DNA of 64,000 nt, from assembly GCA_963668025.2 (NCBI GenBank), contig CAXXTH010000008.1, forward strand, positions 32,001-96,000. The letters are read 5' to 3'. The DNA comes from Candidatus Hydrogenedentota bacterium (GTDB taxonomy: Bacteria; Hydrogenedentota; Hydrogenedentia; Hydrogenedentales; SLHB01). Position 1 is the stretch's first letter; each line of letters begins with the position of its first letter. Under the pieces are notes generated by a model. The model was not told the DNA's origin, ran no database searches, and saw nothing but the letters and a program-made list of their open reading frames with translations. Position numbers and translations under genes: made by a program. This document shows, one piece after another, positions 39,159-48,242 of this stretch.

Positions 39159-39896
39159 TTACTTAAATATCTGTTTCAAGTCGTTGAAAGCACTTTCGAC
39201 CCCAACCTTGACCGTTTCCCAACGATCAGCGCTTGCTGATTTCAACTCGTTGAGCTTATTAGCGGCCACATCTAGCTTCGTTTTCGCTTCCGCGAGCTTC
39301 AGTTCGAGGTCTGTCTTGGCTTGCCCTTCAGCTTTGGCTGCGTTATCTTTCAACTCGGTATACTTTGTATTGAATTGATCCCACTCTTTCTGCATGGCGA
39401 TTTTGTATTCATCCCATTTCACTTTGGCGGCATCCGCTGCCACATTGGCCTCCTTGGTGGGTTCTTGTTTCACAACGGATATTTTTAACTCGGATACGGC
39501 ATCGGCGCCCTTTGTCGGGTGTCCAGTTACTTTAACCGTGAAATCACCCAGGGCTGCGTCCTCCGCAGCTTTGAGTGTCAGTTTCGTCTCTTTATCACCG
39601 TGTTTGATAAGGGGGCTCGCGGATTCGAGGGTCACGCCCTTAGGCAAATCGTTCAGTTTCAACGATACGTCTTCACTGAAGTTCGTTCCCCGGTCGATCC
39701 CGACGGAAGCGGTCACGGTCTCTCCCTGGTTTACTTTCATTGACGGCATGGACAAACTGAATGTGTCGTCAATCTGTCCTGTCATAGGTTTCTTGGTAGG
39801 CGGGCTTGAAGCGCCAGGGCCCCCTGAAGTACCCTGATTGCATCCCACTAGAATTATCAATACTCCAAACAAGATAACACTTAAATAGGCTTTCAT
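39159..39896 (-). CDS. Lipoprotein with an Ig-like domain and C-terminal coiled coil
   Basis: lipobox LVGC; beta-rich middle; LKSASADRWETVKVGVESAFNDL tail. Confidence 0.8.
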   Translation of the reverse strand: MKAYLSVILFGVLIILVGCNQGTSGGPGASSPPTKKPMTGQIDDTFSLSMPSMKVNQGETVTASVGIDRGTNFSEDVSLKLNDLPKGVTLESASPLIKHGDKETKLTLKAAEDAALGDFTVKVTGHPTKGADAVSELKISVVKQEPTKEANVAADAAKVKWDEYKIAMQKEWDQFNTKYTELKDNAAKAEGQAKTDLELKLAEAKTKLDVAANKLNELKSASADRWETVKVGVESAFNDLKQIFK

Positions 39897-40028
39897 GTCT
39901 AGCCATCCTTTCTACTCATTGGGTTCCGTAAATTGGTTATTCAACAACGGACGTTAAGATGATGCCGTGGCGTGCATTCCAATCAGCGTGGAATGAATTC
40001 GCGCCACGGTAAGCGACTCCAGAAGCGT

Positions 40029-40232
40029 TCACGACTTCAGGGTCTTCACGAAATCATCGAGTTCTTTGTGCGCCTGATCCTTTTCGTAGCCATAGCGCTC
40101 CTGGAGCTTTCCAGCAAGGCGCGTGCGCTTACCGGCGATGGCGGCCAGGTCATCGTCGGTCAGTTGGCCCCACTTCTCTTTAACTTTGCCTGTAAACTGT
40201 TTCCAGTTGCCTTCGATTTGATCCCAGTTCAT
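40029..40232 (-). CDS. CsbD/YjbJ family stress protein
   Basis: MNWDQIEGNWKQFTGKVKEKWGQLTDDDL...LQERYG. Confidence 0.95.
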   Translation of the reverse strand: MNWDQIEGNWKQFTGKVKEKWGQLTDDDLAAIAGKRTRLAGKLQERYGYEKDQAHKELDDFVKTLKS

Positions 40233-40373
40233 GATAAGTCTCCTTGAGAAAACGTTATAGCTATTCCACATGGCCGCAGCCTTATGACTACGGCGATAAT
40301 CCTTCAGATGGCTATGCCATCCTGCTTGGGAAGAAAGCCTGCGCTAACCAGAGTGCGTACAATACACTTCCCT

Positions 40374-40538
40374 CTAGAAGCCACGAGGGATATATCCCAA
40401 GAGAAAGAGCACTACCAAGATCAGCAACACCAGCCCCAATCCGCCACTGGGGCCATAACCCCAATTCCGGCTATGCGGCCAGGTGGGGAAGGCGCCAAAA
40501 AGCAGCACGATTATCACAATTAATAAAATCAGCCCCAT
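40374..40538 (-). CDS. DUF3309 family small membrane protein (second copy)
   Basis: GAFPTWPHSRNWGYGPSGGLG; RBS AAGGAG. Confidence 0.9.
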   Translation of the reverse strand: MGLILLIVIIVLLFGAFPTWPHSRNWGYGPSGGLGLVLLILVVLFLLGYIPRGF

Positions 40539-40666
40539 GGTATGAACTCCTTTTCGAGGTGTATACCCAGTAATAGCCGCCGCCGTGAACGCCACGGCGG
40601 AAGCTATTTGACATACGACTCTGGATTTGGCGGGCAAGCCGGTTATCCGTATAAAAATGGATACCC

Positions 40667-41248
40667 CTACTTCTTGGGGGAATCAGCACTCTCCGCTTCT
40701 TTCTTTACTTTCTCCTCCGCCTCTTTCTTTGCTTTCTCTTCCGTCACTTTCTTGTTGTCGCTCTCCATTTTCTTCATCATTTTGTCGTGCATTTCCTTAT
40801 GCATTCCCATCATGGAGGTCGGTTCACCGGCTACATCCGCCAATGTTTTCTGCTGCTCTGGCGTTAATACGGCGGCAGATTGCTGCCTGCTCTCTTTAAT
40901 AATCTGCTCCAATTTCTGAGCCTGCTCAGGGGTGAGCTTGAGCTCTTCTTTGAGCGCAAGAAGGCATGCCGCATCATTTTTGGACATTTCGGTATTCATC
41001 ATCATCTTGCAACACTGCTTCTTGGCCGGAGGCATGTCCATTTCTTTACACATGCCTTTTCCTTCACCTGCCATCATGGGGCACATTGGGCACGCTGGCA
41101 TTGGCGCTTTCGCCTGCGCTCCTTCTGCTTTTGTTTCTGCTGGCGCAGGGCTGGACGGTGTCGTTTCCGCACCCGCGAGCGAAGCGCCGAAGACCATACT
41201 AACCAAGGCGATACTGGCGATTAATGTAATTATGTACCCTGTTTTCAT
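40667..41248 (-). CDS. Exported Spy/CpxP-like (LTXXQ) Met/Cys-rich protein
   Basis: signal peptide; LTPEQ twice; CPMCPMM, CCKMMM, MMGMHKEMHDKMM. Confidence 0.7.
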   Translation of the reverse strand: MKTGYIITLIASIALVSMVFGASLAGAETTPSSPAPAETKAEGAQAKAPMPACPMCPMMAGEGKGMCKEMDMPPAKKQCCKMMMNTEMSKNDAACLLALKEELKLTPEQAQKLEQIIKESRQQSAAVLTPEQQKTLADVAGEPTSMMGMHKEMHDKMMKKMESDNKKVTEEKAKKEAEEKVKKEAESADSPKK

Positions 41249-41315
41249 TGTTTTATTCTCCCGTTTCGTTTTCGCCACAATGATGGACGCTAATCGCCCA
41301 TCTCCTCACTTCACT

Positions 41316-41858
41316 TCATGACATCTTCTCATTCTGGAGTTCCTCTACCGAGTAGTGCCCGACATGCGTTGACCCAGTTGCCTGAAGGATCGTTTTCGCC
41401 CGAGCAACCTCTTGCTCGGAACCATGTGCAACCAGCAGAAATTCGTCCGCCTTTAGGGCGGTCTCATACTGCAAAATGCTGTCTTTTGGGATGCCTATGC
41501 TATAAAGGCCCGCACCGAGGACACTCATTCCTCCCATAACTACCGCCCCCTCAAGTACGGACACGATCACTTGAACAAGCGGCCCCGCAACCACAAGCGG
41601 CCCAAGCCCGGGGATCAGGAAGAACGCCGACCCAAATAACAGGCTCCATACGCCACCCCAGAACGCGCCAAGCTTTCCCCAATATTTCATCCTGTCGCCG
41701 ACATTGTAGTATCCGACGACATGTTCCTCGGTGTGGTAATCTTTACCGACAATCGAAAGCCTCTTCATCTCGAATCCCGCATGCTGCAATTCCTTAATGG
41801 CCGCTTCAGCATCTGTGTGTGTTTGGTACACAGCCACTATCGTGCTATTCTTAGACAT
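41316..41858 (-). CDS. General stress membrane protein (YflT/DUF1269-like)
   Basis: AEAAIKELQHAGF, LSIVGKDYHTEEHVVGYY, IPGLGPLVVAGP, GIPKDSILQYE. Confidence 0.85.
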   Translation of the reverse strand: MSKNSTIVAVYQTHTDAEAAIKELQHAGFEMKRLSIVGKDYHTEEHVVGYYNVGDRMKYWGKLGAFWGGVWSLLFGSAFFLIPGLGPLVVAGPLVQVIVSVLEGAVVMGGMSVLGAGLYSIGIPKDSILQYETALKADEFLLVAHGSEQEVARAKTILQATGSTHVGHYSVEELQNEKMS

Positions 41859-41953
41859 TACGATAACCTTTCTTTCTGAAGCGCTATTTCACAGGGGCTA
41901 AACGTAGCGCACTAACGTTTTTTTTGCGGTGGCGACGCGCCAGCCACGTTTCT

Positions 41954-42007
41954 AGAGTAACGCGGAAACACAAAGGGTGGGCAAAGCTCCGGTAAAGCTT
42001 CAGTAAA
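41954..42007 (-). promoter_or_regulatory. 11-bp-period array promoter 4
   Basis: TTTACTGAAGC TTTACCGGAGC TTTGCCCACCC TTTGTG, then TACTCT. Confidence 0.78.
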
Positions 42008-42074
42008 GAGTCTGTCTTTTCTTAAACGATGTTGGCTCCATCTTGCGAGAGTCAAGTAGTTTTACCGCATAATA

Positions 42075-42104
42075 AATGAAGCGGGGCCGAAGCCCCGCCT
42101 TTTC
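42075..42104. terminator. Intrinsic terminator after the OmpA gene
   Basis: GCGGGGC-CGAA-GCCCCGC stem with T-rich tails on both strands. Confidence 0.7.
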
Positions 42105-42123
42105 AGCCGGAATACCAAGAATT

Positions 42124-43191
42124 TCACTCAATTACGGAAAGCTCGACTCGGCGGTTTTTATACATATTGTCTGGACTGTCATTTGGAACAGCCGGCTTGT
42201 TCTCGCCATATGCGTTGGTTTCCAGCCGGGATGCATCTACACCACGCTGCACTAAAGCTGCTTTCACCGCATTGACACGCCGTTCAGACAGCTTCTGGTT
42301 ATATTGTGTCGACGCATTAGAGTCTGTGTGCCCTTGAAGATGGATGCGTATCTTAGGATTCTCCTTTGTCATCGCGACCGCCTCCCCAAGAAGGCCATCG
42401 TATGTGGACGCAATTACCGAGCTGTCATTGTCGAAAAGGATATTATTGAGCTTCCAGGCTACGGCTGGAGGCGCAGGTTTCGGCGCAGGCTGCGGCGCTT
42501 CTTTGGGTCCGAGGAAAATATCGCGGACCATAGCGTCTATCGCGGCAGCGGTATTAAGCGAAGCGCCGTCGTAGTATTTGCCGCAACCATTCACCGCGGC
42601 CATCTCCTGCAACAGTTTTGCACCACGCTCGGAAGATCCCACCTGCACAGTGAAAATGCATAATTCGCCATTATGCGCTGCTTTTATGTCTTGGCATGCT
42701 TGCAGAACCTCTTCCGGTATACGCACCTTGCCGTCCGAGAAGACCAACAAGGCGCTGCGTCCAGGTTTTCCCGAGAACTCCGCCTCCTGGCAACGAATGG
42801 CGCGCGCCAACGGCGTTAACGAGCCCAGTGGTTTCAGGCTAGATGCGCTTCTGGCCATCACCGTACGGCTGAACGGCTCCAAGGGCTGCTTGACACACAG
42901 GCTGCTTTTCACCCCTGCGAACGAATCCATTCCGGACTCGTATTTTCCGTCCGGCATGGCTGCTGTAAAGGCCTGCACCAGCGCCTTCTCCTCTTCGTAC
43001 ACGCTGGTCGAACCAATGGAGCCCGTAACATCCACAAGGATGATCAACTGATCCCGGATAATTTGTTCATTCTCCTTTGGAACGACAGGCGTCACGCTCA
43101 ACCTTTTTGCGTTGGTAAAAGTCTGGCAACCCACTATTAGTATAAGTGTAATACAGCATAGAATTCCTTTACTCCATATTGCAGTTTTCAT
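42124..43191 (-). CDS. vWA-OmpA fusion lipoprotein
   Basis: lipobox IVGC; MIDAS-like DVTGS...TPL...SDG; OmpA GHTDS..YNQKLSERR..NRRVE. Confidence 0.88.
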   Translation of the reverse strand: MKTAIWSKGILCCITLILIVGCQTFTNAKRLSVTPVVPKENEQIIRDQLIILVDVTGSIGSTSVYEEEKALVQAFTAAMPDGKYESGMDSFAGVKSSLCVKQPLEPFSRTVMARSASSLKPLGSLTPLARAIRCQEAEFSGKPGRSALLVFSDGKVRIPEEVLQACQDIKAAHNGELCIFTVQVGSSERGAKLLQEMAAVNGCGKYYDGASLNTAAAIDAMVRDIFLGPKEAPQPAPKPAPPAVAWKLNNILFDNDSSVIASTYDGLLGEAVAMTKENPKIRIHLQGHTDSNASTQYNQKLSERRVNAVKAALVQRGVDASRLETNAYGENKPAVPNDSPDNMYKNRRVELSVIE

Positions 43192-43417
43192 GGGACGTTC
43201 TCTCCTTTCGTACTTAATGTTCTGGCCCCACCCCGGCCGTGGACCATCCGCGAAGCCACATACCCTCTTATTCCGCTTCAGCACAAGATAGACAACGGCC
43301 TAGCTCGTGCTCCTCCTCGAAAATTCGGCCGCCTTTTAACCTGAGACAATATGCTGGCCGGCTTCCGCCCGTCATGCGCACACATTTATTTGGAGGCGGC
43401 ATGCCGTCCACCTTCTC

Positions 43418-43471
43418 AACATAACAAGGGAACATGAAGTGGTGGTAAAACATAGGTAAAGCTTCAGTAAA
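43418..43471 (-). promoter_or_regulatory. 11-bp-period array promoter 5
   Basis: TTTACTGAAGC TTTACCTATGT TTTACCACCAC TTCATG, then TATGTT. Confidence 0.78.
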
Positions 43472-43538
43472 GAATCCAGCAGAAGCTGACAGAAGGTTCT
43501 CTCCGCAAAGTAAACTCATTAGCAAACAATTTGAGAAG

Positions 43539-43593
43539 TTTACCAAATCTTTACGATTTCTTTGCCGTGGCTTTCCTTGGATATGGCTATATT
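43539..43593 (+). promoter_or_regulatory. 11-bp-period array promoter 6 (divergent from promoter 5)
   Basis: TTTACCAAATC TTTACGATTTC TTTGCCGTGGC TTTCCT, then TATATT. Confidence 0.78.
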
Positions 43594-43674
43594 GTGGAGT
43601 AAAGGTTTCTTGCCTTCGGGTGCGTGTGGTCTCACCCATCGAGGGCCAACAATTCACCACGTGAGGAAATGCAG

Positions 43675-44601
43675 ATGCATAAGCAAAGCCCGTTCGCAAT
43701 ATTACTGGCTGGCGCAGTCCTTCTTCCTTTTGTAGTGATTGCCGCCACAAGTAGATTCTTTGGACATCCATATTTTGGCATGGCCGTGGTTGTGGTTGGA
43801 TTAGGCATCGCGATTCTGACCCTTTCCGCTGTTAAAGTCGCGAATCAGTGGGAGCGGGTCGTCGTTTTGCGGCTCGGGAAATATTTGTCTCTCCGTGGCC
43901 CCGGCTTATTCATCATCGTTCCCGTCATTGATTCGGTTCCCTTCTGGATTGACACCCGCGTCATTACCGCCTCTTTCAAAGCAGAGAAGACATTGACTAA
44001 GGATACGGTTCCTGTAGACGTTGATGCTGTCCTGTTCTGGAAGGTGGTCGATCCAGAGAAAGCCGCTCTGGAAGTGGCCCAATACCAGACGGCTATCGGC
44101 TGGGCGGCCCAAACGGCGTTGCGCGATGTTATCGGCAAGACTATGTTGGCGGACATGCTCACCGGTCGGGAGATGATTGATACTGATCTTCAGAAAATCA
44201 TCGATAAACGAACTGAACCGTGGGGTATCCATGTCCAATCGGTTGAGATTCGTGACGTGCTCATTCCCGCGGCGCTGGAAGATGCCATGTCGATGCAAGC
44301 TCAGGCCGAACGTGAGCGGCAAGCCCGAGTCATCCTAGGAGATTCCGAACGCCAAGTCGCTGAGAAGTTTGAAGAGGCTTCCCGGACCTATGTCAACAAT
44401 CCCACCGCATTACATCTCCGGGCGATGAATATGCTATACGAAGGGCTTAAACAAAATTCTACGTTAGTTATAGTACCAAGCAGCGTCGTGGACACAATGC
44501 AACTAGGAAATCTGGCTGGCATGACCGCTTTGGCTATGGAGCTGAGCCGGAAAAACGAACAGAAACCATGTTCGCAGGAAGAGAACCAAGACGCCACATG
44601 A
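43675..44601 (+). CDS. SPFH/band-7 (stomatin-like) protein
   Basis: ERVVVLRLG, GPGLF, TKDTVPVDVDAV, AQTALRDVIG, QAQAERERQAR. Confidence 0.95.
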   Translation: MHKQSPFAILLAGAVLLPFVVIAATSRFFGHPYFGMAVVVVGLGIAILTLSAVKVANQWERVVVLRLGKYLSLRGPGLFIIVPVIDSVPFWIDTRVITASFKAEKTLTKDTVPVDVDAVLFWKVVDPEKAALEVAQYQTAIGWAAQTALRDVIGKTMLADMLTGREMIDTDLQKIIDKRTEPWGIHVQSVEIRDVLIPAALEDAMSMQAQAERERQARVILGDSERQVAEKFEEASRTYVNNPTALHLRAMNMLYEGLKQNSTLVIVPSSVVDTMQLGNLAGMTALAMELSRKNEQKPCSQEENQDAT

Positions 44602-44849
44602 GTACCCTAAATGCAGTAACTTGTAGAAGGTTAAATAAAATGCATTACTACATTATTATAGACCGAAAAACTTCTGAGCAAGCCGGACCCGATGCGACTT
44701 TCCAGGTGGTCTCCATCGAAGACGATGAAGGCAACAACTATACGGAGTCCATAGGAATTGATCAGCGCGTACACTATCATTCCTTAGAAGAACTCGCGGA
44801 AGAAATTGAGCGGTTAACTGGTGAGCCCGCGGAACTTGATGAATTGTAG
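44598..44849 (+). CDS. Small acidic hypothetical protein (start may be 44640)
   Basis: ATGA overlap with the SPFH stop; globular-looking acidic sequence. Confidence 0.55.
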   Translation: MSTLNAVTCRRLNKMHYYIIIDRKTSEQAGPDATFQVVSIEDDEGNNYTESIGIDQRVHYHSLEELAEEIERLTGEPAELDEL

Positions 44850-44912
44850 CGTTCCTGCACTCTCCTATATGGCGCACGACCCCAAATTGGCAGGCGCACA
44901 TGGAAAATGCCG

Positions 44913-44966
44913 ATTACCAAAGCTTTGCCTAACCTTTGCCTAAACTTCATCTCGGACAGGTACGCT
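44913..44966 (+). promoter_or_regulatory. 11-bp-period array promoter 7
   Basis: ATTACCAAAGC TTTGCCTAACC TTTGCCTAAAC TTCATC, then TACGCT. Confidence 0.72.
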
Positions 44967-45028
44967 TAGGGCGTAAAAAAGTAAAAGTGTATTGCGAGCG
45001 CCACTTTTTGACAGATGGAGGAACGTTC

Positions 45029-45481
45029 ATGTTGAACGATGAGCCAGTAGATATTTTGGTAGTGGAAGATAACGACAGCGAACGGGCCTCCATTGTCGAG
45101 TCATTGCAATCGGCTATTAAAGATGTGCAAGTAGTCGCAGTTCACAATGGTACAGAGGCGCTGGACTTTCTTTTTGCTCGGGGCGGCTGGACGAATCGCG
45201 CTGGGGCGGATGCCCCCAAGCTGATTCTGCTGGACTTGGCGCTACCGGGGTCAGATGGTTTTTCCGTACTTGGACAAATACGTTCGCTCGACGAGGATGA
45301 CACGCTGACGCTTACCCCCGTCGTCATCTTTACTGATTCCCAAGCCCCTAGCGACATCACAAAAAGTTATCGCTGCGGGGCAAACAGTTACATCATAAAG
45401 CCGATGAGTTTTCCCGATTTCCAGGCCATTGTTAAAACGGTCGGCCAATACTGGATGGCCCATAACAGAACATGCCTTTAA
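45029..45481 (+). CDS. Single-domain response regulator (Rcp1-like)
   Basis: ILVVEDN, PKLILLDLALP, GANSYIIKP, GQYW; GGAGG RBS. Confidence 0.92.
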   Translation: MLNDEPVDILVVEDNDSERASIVESLQSAIKDVQVVAVHNGTEALDFLFARGGWTNRAGADAPKLILLDLALPGSDGFSVLGQIRSLDEDDTLTLTPVVIFTDSQAPSDITKSYRCGANSYIIKPMSFPDFQAIVKTVGQYWMAHNRTCL

Positions 45482-45694
45482 ATTGGAGAAAAAGAAAGCA
45501 TGCATCATGGAAAAACAAGGCCATACACTGGAATGGATGTATTGTTATTTGTGTATTCCGATCACGGACCTGAAAAGAACGGCAAAGAAGAAATAGCATA
45601 ACCATGGCGTTGCACGAGGTGTGCATGCCGATTCCTTGGAAACTTATCAGGAGAGTATTTTTCGGAACCTCCAACGAGAAAAGGAGAACTTAAC

Positions 45695-45862
45695 ATGCTG
45701 TACTATGCGCTGGTGTTTTTTCTTGTCGCGGTAGTGGCCGCCGTCTTCGGATTTGGCGGTATCACTTCCGCCGCGCTCGGGATTGCCAAAATCCTGTTCT
45801 TCATTTTCCTTATAATGTTTGTCATATCTCTTGTCATGGGCTTGAATAGACGCCGGATATAA
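45695..45862 (+). CDS. DUF1328 (YtjA-like) small membrane protein; absent from the ORF track
   Basis: [38 protein letters not shown]; AAGGAG RBS. Confidence 0.92.
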   Translation: MLYYALVFFLVAVVAAVFGFGGITSAALGIAKILFFIFLIMFVISLVMGLNRRRI

Positions 45863-46000
45863 CCTGTATTCCTAGCATTAATGGCCTTATGAAATGTCAA
45901 CACTTTGTTGAAATGGGCAAGATTGTGAAACGTGCTCGATGAGCTAACGCCTGGTGGATACTTCCCCAGGCGAGAGTTCCAACATGAAAGGAACAGGAAA

Positions 46001-46153
46001 ATGAAAGCATATATGCGAGTAGCCGCAGCTTTGCTGGTGGGCGCACTGATCGGGATTGGCGTGCTCGGATGTAACACCATTCGAGGTGCGGGAAGAGACG
46101 TCGAAAAGGGCGGACAGGGCATCCAAGATGCCGCCGATGGCGCCCAGAAGTAA
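46001..46153 (+). CDS. Entericidin A/B family lipoprotein
   Basis: LGCNTIRGAGRDVEKGG. Confidence 0.9.
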   Translation: MKAYMRVAAALLVGALIGIGVLGCNTIRGAGRDVEKGGQGIQDAADGAQK

Positions 46154-46220
46154 TAGCCGGGATGCTATCTTTTTCCGATTATTATAGCGAAAAGGCCTAG
46201 AATTTCAAGGAGAATGAGTT

Positions 46221-47834
46221 ATGAAAACGTACAGGCATATGCGGCCGGTTTTTGTATCCATGGTTGGGATATGTGTTGCGCCACTCCTGCTTTTGGGAGT
46301 GGCGCCAGCCGCCCAAGAGCAAGCTACTGCGGAGGCAGGCGTGCAGGTGTTGACACGCGGCCCCATTCACGAAGCTTTCGCGGAGACGTTTATGACGGGG
46401 GCCACGGCTGGAGTCGTGATCACCACAAGCCCGCCTGACCCAATTGTGGAATTGCCTCCCGATCAGCGCCCTGAAGGGGACAATGTAGCCTGGATTCCGG
46501 GATATTGGAGCTGGGATGATGACCGAAGCGATTTCATATGGGTGAGTGGCGTTTGGCGGGATCTCCCACCTGGCCGCCAATGGGTTCCCGGATACTGGGC
46601 TTCCGCCCGAAAAGGCTCGCAATGGATTTCAGGCTTCTGGGGAGACGTCGCCCAAACCGAAATAACCTACTTGCCAGCGCCACCGAAACTCCTCGAAGCT
46701 GGTCCTAGTTCTCCTACGCCAGCACCAGATAACATATGGACGCCAGGTTGCTGGGTATGGCAGGAAACCCGCTACGACTGGCAACCCGGATATTGGGTGG
46801 CGCAGCAGCCTGACTGGGTCTGGTCCCCCGCACATTACATATGGACGCCGAGAGGTTATGTTTATGTGCCGGGATACTGGGACCATGACATCGTCCATCG
46901 CGGCATGATGTTCGCGCCGGTCTACTACGAGCAGCCTGTCTACACCCGTCCCAGTTATTCGTATTCACCAAGCACGGTCATTGACATCACCGTCATTCTT
47001 ACGAACCTCTTTGTCCAGCCAAGATCGAACCACTATTACTATGGAGATTATTATGACCAGCGTTATGAAGAAAGGGGCTACCATCCATGGTACTCGAAGC
47101 GCACCAATCAGCATGGCGATGACCCCATATACTCGCACTATCGTTCACAGCAGTTGCGGCAGGACCCCGATTGGGACGTACACGTCAAAGAACAGTACCA
47201 ATATCGCCGCGAGCATGTAGATGCGCGTCCACCCCAAACGCTGGCTCTCCAAGTTAACCGCATCAATGACCAGAGAGTAAGCGCCCCAGAGAACGTGATC
47301 ATCGGCAGAAGTCTAGCCGAAGCATCGCAAAGCAAGGCGGCTCCCGTGCGCTTCACACCTGTAAATATGGATGAACGCAAGCTGAGCGAATCACGGGGGC
47401 GGGAAGTCCATAAACTCCAATCGGAACGTGCGAAAATAGAGACGCTGCCAAAAGCTGCTAAAAAAGTCCGTAAGGCCGCGCCAGCCAGAGTGCAGTTGCC
47501 CGCGTCTCCTGTCGCGGCGAGATCGTTGGATAATGTAGCCGGTGCGAAATTGCCGCCGTCTATGCCTGACGTGCCGAAACCGCAAGCGGTAAAAGATAGA
47601 GGCAGGAAAGAGAAGCCACAGAAGAGCGAAGGTAGACCCGAAGCAAAGCCGACTAACTCCCCAAAAGCTCAAAGCGGGCCGGGGAAAGTGGAATCTAGCC
47701 ATGAACAACTAAAGCAGGCTGCGCCAAATCCAGAAACCAAAACTCAACCGAATACAGTTAAAAATGGAAAGGGCGATAAGGACAAAGCGCCTGGTTCAGC
47801 AGACAAGAAAAACAAAAAAAGCAACGAGCGATGA
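46221..47834 (+). CDS. Exported YXWGXW-repeat protein
   Basis: signal peptide, RGPIHEAFA, repeated WxPGYW, disordered Lys/Pro-rich tail. Confidence 0.85.
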   Translation: MKTYRHMRPVFVSMVGICVAPLLLLGVAPAAQEQATAEAGVQVLTRGPIHEAFAETFMTGATAGVVITTSPPDPIVELPPDQRPEGDNVAWIPGYWSWDDDRSDFIWVSGVWRDLPPGRQWVPGYWASARKGSQWISGFWGDVAQTEITYLPAPPKLLEAGPSSPTPAPDNIWTPGCWVWQETRYDWQPGYWVAQQPDWVWSPAHYIWTPRGYVYVPGYWDHDIVHRGMMFAPVYYEQPVYTRPSYSYSPSTVIDITVILTNLFVQPRSNHYYYGDYYDQRYEERGYHPWYSKRTNQHGDDPIYSHYRSQQLRQDPDWDVHVKEQYQYRREHVDARPPQTLALQVNRINDQRVSAPENVIIGRSLAEASQSKAAPVRFTPVNMDERKLSESRGREVHKLQSERAKIETLPKAAKKVRKAAPARVQLPASPVAARSLDNVAGAKLPPSMPDVPKPQAVKDRGRKEKPQKSEGRPEAKPTNSPKAQSGPGKVESSHEQLKQAAPNPETKTQPNTVKNGKGDKDKAPGSADKKNKKSNER

Positions 47835-47914
47835 TGTGATGCGACATTGATGCTCGCTTCTCAATCGATGAATGCGTTGGTCTTCGCCCTACCGTATATT
47901 GGGATGGAGTAGAA

Positions 47915-48139
47915 ATGAAAATTTATACGATAGTAGCAATCGTTTTGATCGTGGCCGGCATTCTAGGTCTTGTGTATGGCCAGTTCAGCTACAACAAAGA
48001 AACGGAAGGCGCCAAGTTAGGCCCAATCGAACTGACGATAAATGAGAAGAAGACGGTCAACATTCCCGTCTGGGCTGGCGTTGGCTCCATAAGCGTGGGA
48101 GCCGCGATGCTCGTTTTTGCACTCATAAAACACGAGTAA
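47915..48139 (+). CDS. Small two-TM membrane protein (DUF3185-like)
   Basis: LIVAGILGLVYGQFSY...KLGPIEL...IPVWAG. Confidence 0.8.
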   Translation: MKIYTIVAIVLIVAGILGLVYGQFSYNKETEGAKLGPIELTINEKKTVNIPVWAGVGSISVGAAMLVFALIKHE

Positions 48140-48242
48140 ATCGAGCGTGGCTTTTAGGGTGTGCAGGCAAAACACGCGAAAACCGCGGCGGCTTCTCAAA
48201 AAAATATATAAGGACTCAACCATCGCAACAGGAGAAACGCAT

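Noticed and set aside
45500-45601. 33-aa ORF MHHGKTRPY... with a possible RBS
   Set aside because: No recognisable family; insufficient support
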